In this document: one piece after another, positions 8,289 to 22,217 of the stretch
How the letters are laid out: the number at the start of each line of letters is the position of its first letter
Position numbering within the stretch: position 1 is the stretch's first letter
Origin: an archaeon
Lineage (GTDB): Archaea > B1Sed10-29 > WALL01
NCBI GenBank assembly: GCA_042584585.1
Contig: JBHOSQ010000008.1
Span: 1-50,521, forward strand
DNA: 50,521 bases
Direction: 5' to 3'
Made by a program: the position numbers and the translations under genes
Notes under the pieces: generated by a model
Told to the model about the DNA's origin: nothing
What the model saw: the letters and a program-made list of their open reading frames with translations, nothing else
Databases searched by the model: none

Positions 8289-8894
8289 ATGGCAAGCTCG
8301 ATTGAAGAAGCAGTTTCCGCCGTCCGGAACGGCGGGATGGTCGTGGTGATTGACCGCGAGGACCGCGAGAACGAGGGAGACCTCGTCATGGCAGCCGAGC
8401 ACGCCACGCCTGAAAAAATCAATTTCATGCTCAAGAACGCGCGCGGGATAATTTGCGTGCCCATGACGCCGGAGCGGCTTGGGGGGCTGGGGATTCCGCC
8501 AATGGTCGAGGACAACACGGACCGCATGGGAACGGGGTTTACTGTGACTGTTGACTATCGCGAGGGCACGACGACGGGTGTGTCGGCTTCGGACAGGGCC
8601 AAGACCATCAAGGCGCTCGCTGATTCTTCGTCTGTTCCGGGGGACTTCAACCGGCCGGGCCACGTTTTTCCGTTGATGGCCAGCGCCGGCGGACTGGCTG
8701 AGCGGCAGGGCCACACCGAGGCAGCTGTCGAGCTCGTGAAAATGGCGGGGCTTGCGCCGGTGGCAGTTATTTGCGAGATAATGAGTGCCGACGGGAGCAT
8801 GGCCAAGGGGCAAGAGCTTGAGGAGTTCGCGGAAAAGCACGGGCTTCCAATTATAAGCGTCCCGCAACTTGTGAGACAACGGGGAATTGAATGA
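8289..8894 (+). CDS. ribB: 3,4-dihydroxy-2-butanone 4-phosphate synthase (bacterial-type RibB)
   Basis: DRENEGD, TGVSASDRA, RPGHVFPL, GHTEAAV, VICEIM. Confidence 0.97.
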   Translation: MASSIEEAVSAVRNGGMVVVIDREDRENEGDLVMAAEHATPEKINFMLKNARGIICVPMTPERLGGLGIPPMVEDNTDRMGTGFTVTVDYREGTTTGVSASDRAKTIKALADSSSVPGDFNRPGHVFPLMASAGGLAERQGHTEAAVELVKMAGLAPVAVICEIMSADGSMAKGQELEEFAEKHGLPIISVPQLVRQRGIE

Positions 8895-9742
8895 ACTGGC
8901 TGATACTTGTCCTGTTGAGCCTGTTGCTGTCGGGGATTGGGGCAGCCATAAACAGGTACATCCTTCGCGACGAGCACGTGTATAGTTACAGCTTCTTGTT
9001 CACGTTATTGTCCAGCTTTTTCTTTATCCCGCTTATGCTGACAGAAGAAATCGTGCTGCCGCAGACCACCGAGGCGTGGCTCATCGTGCTGGCGGCGGGA
9101 GTGCTTTGGTGGACCGTAAACATCATTGGGTTCATGGGCATCAGCAAGACCGACGTCACGCTCAGCAAGCCGTTGGCGGCCTCAAAAGTCGTCATGGTTT
9201 TCCTGCTGTCCGTGCTCGTTCTCGGCGAGGCAGTGACGACCGGAAAGATAATCGGCACGCTGCTGGTCATGGCCGGGATGCTTGTGCTGACGTGGAAAAA
9301 GGGCTGGTTCACGCACCTCCGCAGCGAAGGGGTGCAGCTGTTGCTCATGGCTGCAGTGATAATGTCCGTCGTGCATGTGCTTGACAAGTACAACATGGCG
9401 ACGGTGTCGGCAAACGTTTACGGGTTTTTGATGTATTTCATTCCCGCGATTCCGTTGGGCATTATGACAGCGTTCCGTGTGCCGCAGCTCAAGCAGACGA
9501 TTCGGAACAAGTGGAAAGCGGTTTTGCTTGTGGCGGTTTGTTACGGCGCGATGTACTACTTCGTGCTGCAGGCCTACAGGGTCGCGGACATCAACGTGAT
9601 TTTCCCTATTCTCCAGCTCGCCAGCCTCGTGACCCTTGGGATTGCTTATTTCTGGCTCAAGGAAAAAGCGGAGTTCCGGCAGCGGGTGGCCGGGGCATTG
9701 CTCATGATTATTGGCGCGGTTTTGGTGACGCTCGGCGCATGA
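8891..9742 (+). CDS. EamA/DMT family transporter
   Basis: About 10 TM with two EamA repeats; coupled to ribB (ATGA overlap). Confidence 0.88.
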   Translation: MNWLILVLLSLLLSGIGAAINRYILRDEHVYSYSFLFTLLSSFFFIPLMLTEEIVLPQTTEAWLIVLAAGVLWWTVNIIGFMGISKTDVTLSKPLAASKVVMVFLLSVLVLGEAVTTGKIIGTLLVMAGMLVLTWKKGWFTHLRSEGVQLLLMAAVIMSVVHVLDKYNMATVSANVYGFLMYFIPAIPLGIMTAFRVPQLKQTIRNKWKAVLLVAVCYGAMYYFVLQAYRVADINVIFPILQLASLVTLGIAYFWLKEKAEFRQRVAGALLMIIGAVLVTLGA

Positions 9743-9778
9743 ATTTATATTAGGTAATATAGAATAGAGGCGCAGACC

Positions 9779-9831
9779 GGCGTTGGCCAAAGCCGACGTC
9801 TGGCAAACCGACACTGACCCAAGTCAGTGTC
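9779..9831 (+). repeat. Two tandem hairpin2-type modules (E4) in the tRNA-Pro leader
   Basis: GGCGTTGGC-CAAA-GCCGACGTC and GACACTGAC-CCAA-GTCAGTGTC, both variants of GACGTTGAC-CCAA-GTCAACGTC. Confidence 0.85.
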
Positions 9832-9840
9832 ATCGACAAG

Positions 9841-9913
9841 GGGTCCGTAGGGTAGTTTGGTATCCTTCAAGCTTCGGGGGTTTGAGACCTGAGTTCGAAT
9901 CTCAGCGGACCCA
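9841..9913 (+). tRNA. tRNA-Pro(CGG)
   Basis: GGGTCCG/CGGACCC acceptor; CAAGC-TTCGGGG-GTTTG. Confidence 0.92.
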
Positions 9914-9965
9914 CTCAATTCACTGCTGCCTTTTTAAAAAGAAGTGGATAAAAGAATCAAAGCAT

Positions 9966-10077
9966 CCCCGCTTAGCATAGCCCGGTAATGCGGCCGGCTG
10001 TAGATGGATTTGGAGGCAGGGCCTTCGTACCAGCCGCCACCGGCAGATCCCCCGTTCAAATCGGGGAGCGGGGACCA
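9966..10077 (+). tRNA. tRNA-Tyr(GTA), 35-nt intron at 37/38 (10004-10038), encoded CCA
   Basis: C1-G72 acceptor CCCCGCT/AGCGGGG; GCCGG-CTGTAG[intron]A-CCGGC. Confidence 0.92.
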
Positions 10078-10121
10078 CACCCCTTTTTAAAGCGAGCAAA
10101 GCAAAAAAAAAACGAGTGCCT

Positions 10122-10195
10122 GCCCCTGTAGTGTAGTTGGTTTATCATCTGGGATTGTCGATCCCAGGACTCGGGTTCGAATCCCGGCGGGGGCG
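10122..10195 (+). tRNA. tRNA-Asp(GTC)
   Basis: GCCCCTG/CGGGGGC acceptor; TGGGA-TTGTCGA-TCCCA. Confidence 0.95.
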
Positions 10196-10220
10196 CTCTA
10201 GTTTTCTAGGAGATGTATGC

Positions 10221-10418
10221 ATGAAACGGTTCAGGTCAAAAGGCGGTTTTTTCTTGATGTTGACTGGGGCAGTCGCGCTGTTGAGCGGGTCGCAGCTGTT
10301 GATTGGCAACTTGATTCAAGTGGAAGATATGCTGCAGGCGTTTGGCGGACTCTTTGTGTTCATGTTCGGCGTGATGCTGTTTTACTACGGGAGCATTCTT
10401 CTCGGTGGAGAAGAATAA
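10221..10418 (+). CDS. Small 2-TM membrane protein
   Basis: AGGAG RBS, ATG 10221, two hydrophobic segments. Confidence 0.7.
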   Translation: MKRFRSKGGFFLMLTGAVALLSGSQLLIGNLIQVEDMLQAFGGLFVFMFGVMLFYYGSILLGGEE

Positions 10419-10523
10419 CAATTTGTCTCTGGGGGATGCCAACTGGCATCCCCCAAGCCTAACGTGCCAGCTGAGTTTCAGCTGTTTTATTACGGGAGCA
10501 TTCTTCTCGGTGGAGAAGATAAC
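10376..10523 (+). mobile_element. Palindromic element E5 (10425-10483) flanked by 44/43-bp direct repeats (10376-10419, 10481-10523)
   Basis: GCTGTTTTAYTACGGGAGCATTCTTCTCGGTGGAGAAGA(A)TAAC on both sides of GTCTCT-GGGGGATGCCA/TGGCATCCCCC-AAGCCTAACGTGCC-AGCTGAGTTTCAGCT; mobility is inferred. Confidence 0.7.
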
Positions 10524-10551
10524 TAGTTTTTTATACCCCTAATTCGTTTTC

Positions 10552-10809
10552 TTGGGTGTGGAGATTGACTACGACATTGTCAAGACCGTGCGGGAGCTAG
10601 AGAAAGCAGGCCATTCTGACGAGACCATCGAGGAAAAGCTCGGGGAACTGGGGTACTCTGAATCAGAAATACTCGAAATAATGCGGTTATCCAGCGGAGT
10701 TGACGCCACAGAAGGCCAGAACAAAGCGAAAATGGCGCTGATGGCGCTCGGCGGCGGATTCGTGGCCCTCGTGGTTTTGATGGCGGTATACGCCCTGATA
10801 TTCGCCTGA
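10552..10809 (+). CDS. Small tail-anchored membrane protein
   Basis: Helical N-domain (AGHSDETIEEKLGELGYS) and C-terminal TM; TTTTATA upstream. Confidence 0.75.
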   Translation: MGVEIDYDIVKTVRELEKAGHSDETIEEKLGELGYSESEILEIMRLSSGVDATEGQNKAKMALMALGGGFVALVVLMAVYALIFA

Positions 10810-10816
10810 AAAAACC

Positions 10817-10830
10817 GAAACGTTTATAAA
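10817..10830 (+). promoter_or_regulatory. BRE/TATA promoter of rpoH operon
   Basis: GAAACGTTTATAAA; same motif at 28371 and near-identical at 46400. Confidence 0.8.
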
Positions 10831-10899
10831 GCAGCATTTTTACAACTCATGCACGCTCCGCTCCTGCTTTTCTATGCGAGTCTCTAGGGGGAAATATGC

Positions 10900-11136
10900 G
10901 TGTCAGAAACTGACTTTATACTGAAACATGAACTTGTTCCCAAGCACGAAATAGTGTCAGACACGGGACTTGAAAAGGTCATGAAGCAGTACAACGTCAC
11001 GAAAGACCAACTTCCCCAAATCAAGGAAACTGACCCAGTAGCCCAAGCCATCGGCGCTAAAAAAGGCCAGGTCCTGAAGATAACTAGGCCCTCGATAACC
11101 GCAGGAAAAACAGTTACCTACCGTATTGTGGTATAA
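10900..11136 (+). CDS. rpoH: RNA polymerase subunit H (Rpo5)
   Basis: HELVPKHEI, QLPQI..DPV, ITRPSITAG..YRIV. Confidence 0.97.
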   Translation: MSETDFILKHELVPKHEIVSDTGLEKVMKQYNVTKDQLPQIKETDPVAQAIGAKKGQVLKITRPSITAGKTVTYRIVV

Positions 11137-11166
11137 ACTGGCTGAGTTCGCTGAGTAGGTGTTAAA

Positions 11167-12636
11167 ATGGCCTGGGAAGCAGCTGAAGCTTTTTTAAAGG
11201 AAAATACGCTCGTCAAGCAGCATCTTGACTCGTACAACGCCTTCGCTGACAACAAAATTCAGAAAATCATCAACGAAATAGGTGAAATCGAGTCACACCA
11301 AGAAGGAATCAAAATCAAGCTTGGGAAAGTGCGTCTTGAAAAGCCAAGGATACTGGAGGCAGACGGGTCCAAACGGAAGATCATGCCAATGGAAGCGCGG
11401 CTTAGGAACAGGTCGTACGTGGCGCAAGTCTTCCTCGAAATGACGCTCGTCCAGGACAGCGTCGAAAAACAAACCGAAGAAGTATTCATCGGCGAGCTCC
11501 CAGTCATGCTCAAGTCAAGCCTCTGCTACCTCGGGGACGTAACCGACGACGAGCTAATGGAGGCAGGGGAAGACACCCTCGACCCCGGCGGCTACTTCGT
11601 CATCAATGGAAGCGAGCGGGTGCTCGTTTCGATAGAGGACCTCGCTCCGAACAGGGTTATCCTGTCCAAGGAAAAGAGGAGCGGCAAAAACGTCGTCATG
11701 GTCCGCATATTTTCGGTCAAAGACTCGTTCAGGGCAAAAATCGGTGTGGAGCGGAAGCCGGAGGGATTGTTTTACGTCTCATTCCCCGCGTCGCCAAAAA
11801 ACCTGAACATGATTCCGGTGCTCAAAGCGCTCGGGCTCAACTCGGACAACGAAGTTTTCAAGGCATTCCACGACCAGCCCGAAATCGTTAACGACCTATT
11901 GCTCAACATGGAAGCGGTGAGCGTCAAGGACAGCGAAGAAGCCATTGACTACATCGGGAAAAGGGTTGCGGCAGGCCAGCCAGAGGAGTACCGCAAGACA
12001 CGGGCCCTCCAGATACTTGACAATTATTTGCTCCCGCACATTGGGATTAACGAGGAAAGCCGCATCAAGAAGGCGTACTTCCTTTGCCGCATGGTCGAAA
12101 AAGCGACTGCCGTCGCCAACGGCCACCGCGAAGAAGACGACAAGGACCACTACGCAAACAAGCGCGTGAAGCTGTCCGGAATGCTCATGGACGAACTGTT
12201 CAGGTACGGGTTGTCTTATTTCGTGAAGGACGTCAACTACCAAATCGACCGCGTGTTCGCACGCGGCAAAAAGCTGCAGATAAAAACGCTTGTTAGGCCA
12301 GACGCCATGACCGACCGGATTCGGTACGCGATGGCGACCGGCAACTGGGTCGGCGGGCGCACAGGCGTCTCGCAGCTGCTTGACCGCACCACTTACCTTT
12401 CCGCGCTATCGCACTTGAGGCGCGTGATTTCGCCCCTGTCAAAAGTGCACCCGCACTTCGAGGCAAGGGACCTTCACCCCACGCACTGGGGAAAAATCGA
12501 CCCCAACGAGACGCCGGAAGGCCAGTCTTGTGGGCTCGTCAAAAACTTCGCGCTCGGCACGGTCGTCACTTCAGACTATCCCGAAGAACAGGTCGAGGGC
12601 GCGCTTGAAAAGCTCGGGGTGAGCTTCAAGAGGTGA
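11167..12636 (+). CDS. rpoB2: RNA polymerase subunit B'' (Rpo2N)
   Basis: QHLDSYN, DPGGYFVING, DKDHYANKR, RDLHPTHWG, ETPEG. Confidence 0.97.
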   Translation: MAWEAAEAFLKENTLVKQHLDSYNAFADNKIQKIINEIGEIESHQEGIKIKLGKVRLEKPRILEADGSKRKIMPMEARLRNRSYVAQVFLEMTLVQDSVEKQTEEVFIGELPVMLKSSLCYLGDVTDDELMEAGEDTLDPGGYFVINGSERVLVSIEDLAPNRVILSKEKRSGKNVVMVRIFSVKDSFRAKIGVERKPEGLFYVSFPASPKNLNMIPVLKALGLNSDNEVFKAFHDQPEIVNDLLLNMEAVSVKDSEEAIDYIGKRVAAGQPEEYRKTRALQILDNYLLPHIGINEESRIKKAYFLCRMVEKATAVANGHREEDDKDHYANKRVKLSGMLMDELFRYGLSYFVKDVNYQIDRVFARGKKLQIKTLVRPDAMTDRIRYAMATGNWVGGRTGVSQLLDRTTYLSALSHLRRVISPLSKVHPHFEARDLHPTHWGKIDPNETPEGQSCGLVKNFALGTVVTSDYPEEQVEGALEKLGVSFKR

Positions 12637-12641
12637 GATGC

Positions 12642-14453
12642 ATGGAAGAGAGCAGTGTATACATCAACGGAAAACTCGTCGGCTTTCACGAAAGCGGCGG
12701 AGAACTCGTCCAAAGCATTCGCAAGAAGAGGCGCACCGGAGACCTCCCCCCAGAGCTCAACGTCGCGTACTACCCAGACGTGGACGAAGTCTACATCAAC
12801 GTCGACGGCGGAAGGGCCAGGCGGCCGCTAATCATCGTCAAGGAAGGCAAGTCACTGCTCACCGACAAGCACGTCGACGGGCTCAAGAAAGAAAGTGTTA
12901 CTTGGAGCGACTTGATCAAGGAAGGCGTCGCCGAATACCTTGACGCCGAAGAAGAAGAAAACGCTTACATAGCAACGACCGACGAAGAAATCAACGATGA
13001 GCACACCCACGTCGAAGTCCACCCCGCACTCATTCTTGGCGTGATAAGTGCCGCCGCACCGTTCCCAGAGCACAACTCCGCTCCGAGGATCACGATGGCG
13101 TCGGCAATGCTTAAGCAGGCACTTGGCCTGTACCAAAGCAACTTTAACGTCCGCATGGACACGCAGGCACACGTGATGAACTACCCCCAGGTGCCGCTCG
13201 CGCTGACCAAGCAAAGCAAGATCATCGGCGCCGACCGCAGGCCCGCAGGGCAAAACATGGTCGTCGCCATCATGCCGTTCTACGGCTACAACATGGAAGA
13301 CGCCATCATTCTCAACAAGGCCTCGGTCGAGCGGGGCGTTGGCCGCACCATGTTTTACCGGACTTACACCTCCGAAGAGCGGAGGTACCCCGGCGGCCAG
13401 AAGGACAGGTTCGAACTGCCCAAGCCCGAGATACAGGGCTTCCGCGGCGAAGAATGCTACAGGTTCCTTGGCGAGGACGGAATAATCAACCCCGAGGCAG
13501 GAGTCATTGGCGGAGACGTGCTGGTCGGAAAGACCTCACCACCCCGGTTCCTCGAAGAAGTCGGCGAGCTGTCGATGATAGAGGAGAAGAGGCGTGAGAA
13601 CTCTGTCATACTCAGGCACGGCGAGGGTGGCACTGTCGACTCCGTGATGATTACCGAGGCACCGACCGGGAACAAGCTGGTCAAGGTGCGTGTGCGGTCG
13701 CAAAAGATTCCAGAAATCGGGGACAAGTTCGCGTCCAGGCACGGACAAAAGGGTGTTGTTGGCCTGATTGTGCCACAGTATGACATGCCGTTCAACGAGC
13801 ACGGCATTTCGCCGGACCTAATCATGAACCCGCACGCAGTGCCGTCAAGGATGACGGTTGGGCACGTGCTCGAGATCATTGGCTGCAAGGCCAAGTCGCT
13901 CGGCGGCAAGAACTATGACCCCACTGCGTTTGAGCCGACCGACTACGAGGGCATGAAACAAGCATTGCTCCAGTACGGCTTCAAGCCCAACGGCAAAGAG
14001 GTCATGTACGACGGCAAGACCGGCAAGAAAATCACTGCCGAGATATTTATTGGAGTCACGTACTACCAGAGGCTGAAGCACTTGGTCAGCAATAAGATGC
14101 ACGCGCGGTCCAGGGGCCCAGTGCAGATACTGACTAGGCAGCCCACTGAAGGAAGGGCCCGTGACGGTGGGCTCAGGTTCGGTGAAATGGAGCGTGACAC
14201 ACTGATTGGCCACGGAGCGTCCATGCTGCTTCTGGAGCGCTTGCTCAAGGAGTCCGACCTCGTGGTTGAATTGGTCTGTGAGAAGTGCGGTTCCATCGCG
14301 GTCGAGGACCAAATACGCAAGAAAAAGTATTGTCCTGCGTGTGACTCGACTGAAGTGCAGCCAATTGAAATGAGCTACGCGTTCAAGCTCTTGCTGAATG
14401 AGCTGAAGGCGCTGGACATAAGTCCCAAGCTAAAGTTAGTGGACAAGGCGTGA
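12642..14453 (+). CDS. rpoB1: RNA polymerase subunit B' (Rpo2C)
   Basis: GYNMEDA, GDKFASRHGQKG, GGLRFGEMERD, C4 zinc ribbon. Confidence 0.97.
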   Translation: MEESSVYINGKLVGFHESGGELVQSIRKKRRTGDLPPELNVAYYPDVDEVYINVDGGRARRPLIIVKEGKSLLTDKHVDGLKKESVTWSDLIKEGVAEYLDAEEEENAYIATTDEEINDEHTHVEVHPALILGVISAAAPFPEHNSAPRITMASAMLKQALGLYQSNFNVRMDTQAHVMNYPQVPLALTKQSKIIGADRRPAGQNMVVAIMPFYGYNMEDAIILNKASVERGVGRTMFYRTYTSEERRYPGGQKDRFELPKPEIQGFRGEECYRFLGEDGIINPEAGVIGGDVLVGKTSPPRFLEEVGELSMIEEKRRENSVILRHGEGGTVDSVMITEAPTGNKLVKVRVRSQKIPEIGDKFASRHGQKGVVGLIVPQYDMPFNEHGISPDLIMNPHAVPSRMTVGHVLEIIGCKAKSLGGKNYDPTAFEPTDYEGMKQALLQYGFKPNGKEVMYDGKTGKKITAEIFIGVTYYQRLKHLVSNKMHARSRGPVQILTRQPTEGRARDGGLRFGEMERDTLIGHGASMLLLERLLKESDLVVELVCEKCGSIAVEDQIRKKKYCPACDSTEVQPIEMSYAFKLLLNELKALDISPKLKLVDKA

Positions 14454-14458
14454 TTGTC

Positions 14459-18534
<4,076 letters not shown>

Positions 18535-18538
<4 letters not shown>

Positions 18539-18933
18539 AACTCGGCATGGATGAGCTGCAGTACATAAGCATCATCGAAAAGATAACCCGCGCAAAGGTA
18601 AAGGACTGTGTCTTGACCGAAGGCGAATTGGTTGTGGTCGTTGGCGAAGGCGAAATGGGCCTCGCAATCGGGCGGAACGGCGAAAACGCCGAGAAGGTAA
18701 GAGAAGCAGTCGGGAAAAAAGTATCGTTCATTGAGTTTTCTCCTGACCAGGAGAAATTCATCAAGAAGCTGTTCGCTCCGGCGGTCATCGAGTCCGTTGA
18801 AGTGGACGGCGAGACAGTGAAGCTGAAGGCCAGGGAATCCCAACGGGTCATCGGCAAGGGCGGCAAGCGAAAGAAGCGGGCCGAGACCTTGCTGGAGCGG
18901 CACTTCGGCATAAAAAACGTGGTAATAAATTAA
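18535..18933 (+). CDS. nusA: Archaeal NusA (KH domains)
   Basis: [15 protein letters not shown]; conserved position; GTG start. Confidence 0.92.
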
Positions 18934-18943
18934 GGTGAATAAC

Positions 18944-19369
18944 ATGCCGGGAAAATTCGCAGCACGAAAGCTTAAGTCAAACAGGCAGGAGGCAAAATGG
19001 AAGTCGCCTGAGTACAAGAAGAAGGTGCTTAAGCTCAAAAAGAAGTACGATCCCATGGGTGGCTCTCCACAAGCCAAAGGAATCGTGATTCAAAAGGTTG
19101 CGCTGGAGGCCAAGCAGCCAAACTCGGGGCTGCGGAAGTGCGTTAGGGTGCAGCTAATCAAGAACGGCAAGCAGGTAACTGCCTTCGCGCCCGGCGACAA
19201 GGCAATCACGTTCATCGAAGAGCACGACGAGGTAACCGTCGAAAAGCTCCGCGCGTCGAAGCGCGGCACGCTTGGAGACCTGCCTGGCGTGCGGTGGAAG
19301 GTCATCAAGGTAAACGGCATTCCCCTCGAGGAAATGAGGCGAGGAAAGAAGGAGAAGCCGGTCAGGTGA
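18944..19369 (+). CDS. rpsL: Ribosomal protein uS12
   Basis: [30 protein letters not shown]. Confidence 0.97.
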   Translation: MPGKFAARKLKSNRQEAKWKSPEYKKKVLKLKKKYDPMGGSPQAKGIVIQKVALEAKQPNSGLRKCVRVQLIKNGKQVTAFAPGDKAITFIEEHDEVTVEKLRASKRGTLGDLPGVRWKVIKVNGIPLEEMRRGKKEKPVR

Positions 19370-19374
19370 TTTGA

Positions 19375-19962
19375 ATGTTTGAAGAATTGGACAATACAGA
19401 CGTTGTGGTCAACGACCCGGGGCTGGTTAACTACATTAACCTGAACCTTAAGGGAATGCACAGCCACGGAAGGCACACCGCGAAGCAGTTCGGGAAGAGC
19501 GACATCAGCATTGTCGAAAGGCTCGTGAACTCAATCATGAGGTCGTGCTCCGGAAAGAAAATCGGGGGCAAGATGATTAGCCACCGATTCGGCTGCGGAA
19601 AGAAGACCGCCGCAATCAAGGCGGTCCGCGAGGCATTCGCAATCGTGGAAAAGAAGTCCAAGAAAAACCCAGTCCAGGTGCTCGTGGACGCCATTGAAAA
19701 CGCGGCGCCGCGTGAAGAGACCACGCGCGTCAAGTTCGGCGGAATCACGAGGCACATTGCCGTTGATATTTCCCCACAGCGAAGGGTAGACTTCGCACTC
19801 AGGAACCTCTCTGTTGCAGCGCTTGGAAAGGCGTACAAGAGCAAGAAAAACCGGGCAGAAGCGTTGGCCGACGAGATACTGGCCGCGGCTGCACAGGACA
19901 ACAACTGCATGGCAATCCAGAAGAAAAACGAAATGGAGCGCGTTGCGAAGGGAGCGAGATAA
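19375..19962 (+). CDS. rpsG: Ribosomal protein uS7
   Basis: [33 protein letters not shown]. Confidence 0.97.
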   Translation: MFEELDNTDVVVNDPGLVNYINLNLKGMHSHGRHTAKQFGKSDISIVERLVNSIMRSCSGKKIGGKMISHRFGCGKKTAAIKAVREAFAIVEKKSKKNPVQVLVDAIENAAPREETTRVKFGGITRHIAVDISPQRRVDFALRNLSVAALGKAYKSKKNRAEALADEILAAAAQDNNCMAIQKKNEMERVAKGAR

Positions 19963-19963
19963 G

Positions 19964-22156
19964 ATGGGACGCCGTGAAGAGATGGTCGAGCGCGTTAGCG
20001 CCCTGATGGACAACAAAGACCAGATTAGGAACGTTGGGATAGTTGCGCACATTGACCACGGGAAGACCACGATGACCGACAACTTGATTGCCGGTGCCGG
20101 AATGATGAGCGAAGAGCTCGCCGGAAAGCAGCTTGTGATGGACTTTCACGATGACGAGCAGCAGCGTGGGATTACGATTAACGCGGCAAACATTTCGATT
20201 GTGCAGAAGTACAAGGACACTGACTACTTGGTGAACATTATTGACACGCCGGGCCACGTCGACTTTTCGGGCGACGTGACGCGCGCGATGCGCGCCGTGG
20301 ACGGCGCCATCGTTGTCGTTTGTGCCGTGGAAGGCTCAATGCCGCAGACCGAGACCGTGTTGCGCCAGGCGCTTCGCGAGAAGGTGCGGCCTGTGCTGTT
20401 CATCAACAAGGTGGACAGGCTCATTAACGAGCTGCAGGTGACTCCCGAGGAGATGCAGGCCAGGTTCGCCAAGATAATCGCGCGTTTCAACGACTCCGTG
20501 GGCAAGATGGCGCCGAAGGAGTTCAGGAAGGAGTGGCAGGTCAGGCCCGAGGAGGGCACTGTGTGCTTCGGCAGCGCGTACAACAACTGGGCAATCAGCG
20601 TGCCGTACATGAAGCAGGCAGACATCACGTTCAAGGACATTTACGACCACTGCAAGGAAGAAAAGCAGAAGGAGCTCGGGAAAAAGATTCCCCTGCACGA
20701 GGTCATGCTGGAAATGGTGTTCAACCACTTGCCCAACCCCAAGACGGCGCAGGTGTACAGGCTCCCCACGATTTGGAGGGGGGACTCTGAGAGTGCCGTT
20801 GGCAAGGGAATGGTGAACTGCGACGAGAACGCGCCGCTGGCCATGATGGTTACTAACGTCTCGATTGACCCGCACGCGGGTGACGTCGCGACGTGCCGTG
20901 TGTTCTCTGGCAGGATTGCGAAGGGCATGAAGCTCGAGCTCATGAGCGTCGTGAAGCAGAACACTGTGCAGCAGGTTGGGCTCTACATGGGCGCCGAAAG
21001 GATTAACGTGGACAGCGTTTCCGCTGGAAACATTGTTGCTGTTACCGGGCTCAGGGACGCGTATGCCGGCGAGACCATCTGCATCGACAAGATTGAGCCG
21101 TTCGAGGCCATGAAGCACTTCAGTGAGCCTGTAATCACGAAAAGCATTGAGGCGAAGAACACTTCGGACTTGCCGAAATTGGTTGAGGTATTGAGGCAGG
21201 TCGCGAAAGAGGACCCAATGATTCGCATTGAAATCAACGAGGAAACCGGCGAACACTTAATTTCGGGCATGGGCGAGCTGCACCTCGAGGTCATGGAAGA
21301 CAGGATTCGCACCGAGAGGAAGCTCGAGGTAGTGACTTCCCCGCCGATTATTGTTTACAGGGAGACCGTGAGCAAGGAGTCTCCCGTGATTGAGGGCAAG
21401 TCCCCGAACAGGCACAACCGGTTTTACATAATCGCTGCGCCGCTCGAGGACGAGGTCTACGAGGCCATGGTCAACGGCGACCTTACCGAGCGGGACGCGA
21501 AGCAGTCCAAAGAATTGGGCAAGAAGCTCCACGAGCTCGGCATGGACAAGGACGAGTCCAAAAAGCCGTGGGCACTGTACAACAAGAACCTGTTCCTAGA
21601 CAACACGAAGGGCGTCCAGAACCTGAACGAGACCAAGGACTTGCTCGTGCAGGGGTTCAAGGAAGCCATGAACAAAGGGGCAATCGCCCAGGAAAAGGTC
21701 ACCAAGGTCAAGATTCGGCTGATGGACGCGAAGCTGCACGAGGACGCGGTTCACCGCGGGCCGTCGCAGACTCTGCCGGCTATAAAAAAGCCGATTTACG
21801 CGGCCATGCTTTCGGGTGGCGCGGCTCTGCTAGAGCCCATGCAAAAGGTGTTCATTACCGTCCCAGCGGAACAAATGGGGTCGGTCACGAAGGATTTACA
21901 GTCCCGGAGGGGCCAAATCCTGTCAATGGACCAGGAAGAAGAGCAAATCGTGATTGGCGGGAAGGCGCCGATTGCTGAACTGTTCGGGTTCGCCGGAGAC
22001 ATCCGGTCGGCAACACAAGGCAAGGCCCTTTGGAGCACGGAGTACGCTGGCTACGAGAAGCTGCCACACGACCTGCAGCCCAAAATAACCAAGCAAATCC
22101 GTGAGCGCAAGGGATTGAAGCCAGAACCACCCCGCGCAGGGGACTTTATGGAGTAA
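19964..22156 (+). CDS. fusA: Elongation factor EF-2
   Basis: [26 protein letters not shown], diphthamide loop HEDAVHRG. Confidence 0.98.
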   Translation: MGRREEMVERVSALMDNKDQIRNVGIVAHIDHGKTTMTDNLIAGAGMMSEELAGKQLVMDFHDDEQQRGITINAANISIVQKYKDTDYLVNIIDTPGHVDFSGDVTRAMRAVDGAIVVVCAVEGSMPQTETVLRQALREKVRPVLFINKVDRLINELQVTPEEMQARFAKIIARFNDSVGKMAPKEFRKEWQVRPEEGTVCFGSAYNNWAISVPYMKQADITFKDIYDHCKEEKQKELGKKIPLHEVMLEMVFNHLPNPKTAQVYRLPTIWRGDSESAVGKGMVNCDENAPLAMMVTNVSIDPHAGDVATCRVFSGRIAKGMKLELMSVVKQNTVQQVGLYMGAERINVDSVSAGNIVAVTGLRDAYAGETICIDKIEPFEAMKHFSEPVITKSIEAKNTSDLPKLVEVLRQVAKEDPMIRIEINEETGEHLISGMGELHLEVMEDRIRTERKLEVVTSPPIIVYRETVSKESPVIEGKSPNRHNRFYIIAAPLEDEVYEAMVNGDLTERDAKQSKELGKKLHELGMDKDESKKPWALYNKNLFLDNTKGVQNLNETKDLLVQGFKEAMNKGAIAQEKVTKVKIRLMDAKLHEDAVHRGPSQTLPAIKKPIYAAMLSGGAALLEPMQKVFITVPAEQMGSVTKDLQSRRGQILSMDQEEEQIVIGGKAPIAELFGFAGDIRSATQGKALWSTEYAGYEKLPHDLQPKITKQIRERKGLKPEPPRAGDFME

Positions 22157-22217
22157 CGTTAATAAACCACTAAATTAGAAACAAAGGAGTTTTCTTTCGT
22201 TTAAAGGAGGGAAGAAT

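Noticed and set aside
8175-8879. 445-aa ORF implying an N-terminal extension of rpe
   Set aside because: The extension runs antisense through tRNA-Thr and ribB; the real start is at 8174.
11140-11156. GGCTGAGTTCGCTGAG between rpoH and rpoB'' looks like a decayed hairpin3
   Set aside because: Too short and lacks ACGTGCC; could be chance.
19814-19963. Apparent N-terminal extensions in the ORF track (EF-2, RtcB, archease, Prs, NusA, uL3)
   Set aside because: Caused by upstream alternative start codons overlapping neighbouring genes; conserved starts lie downstream.
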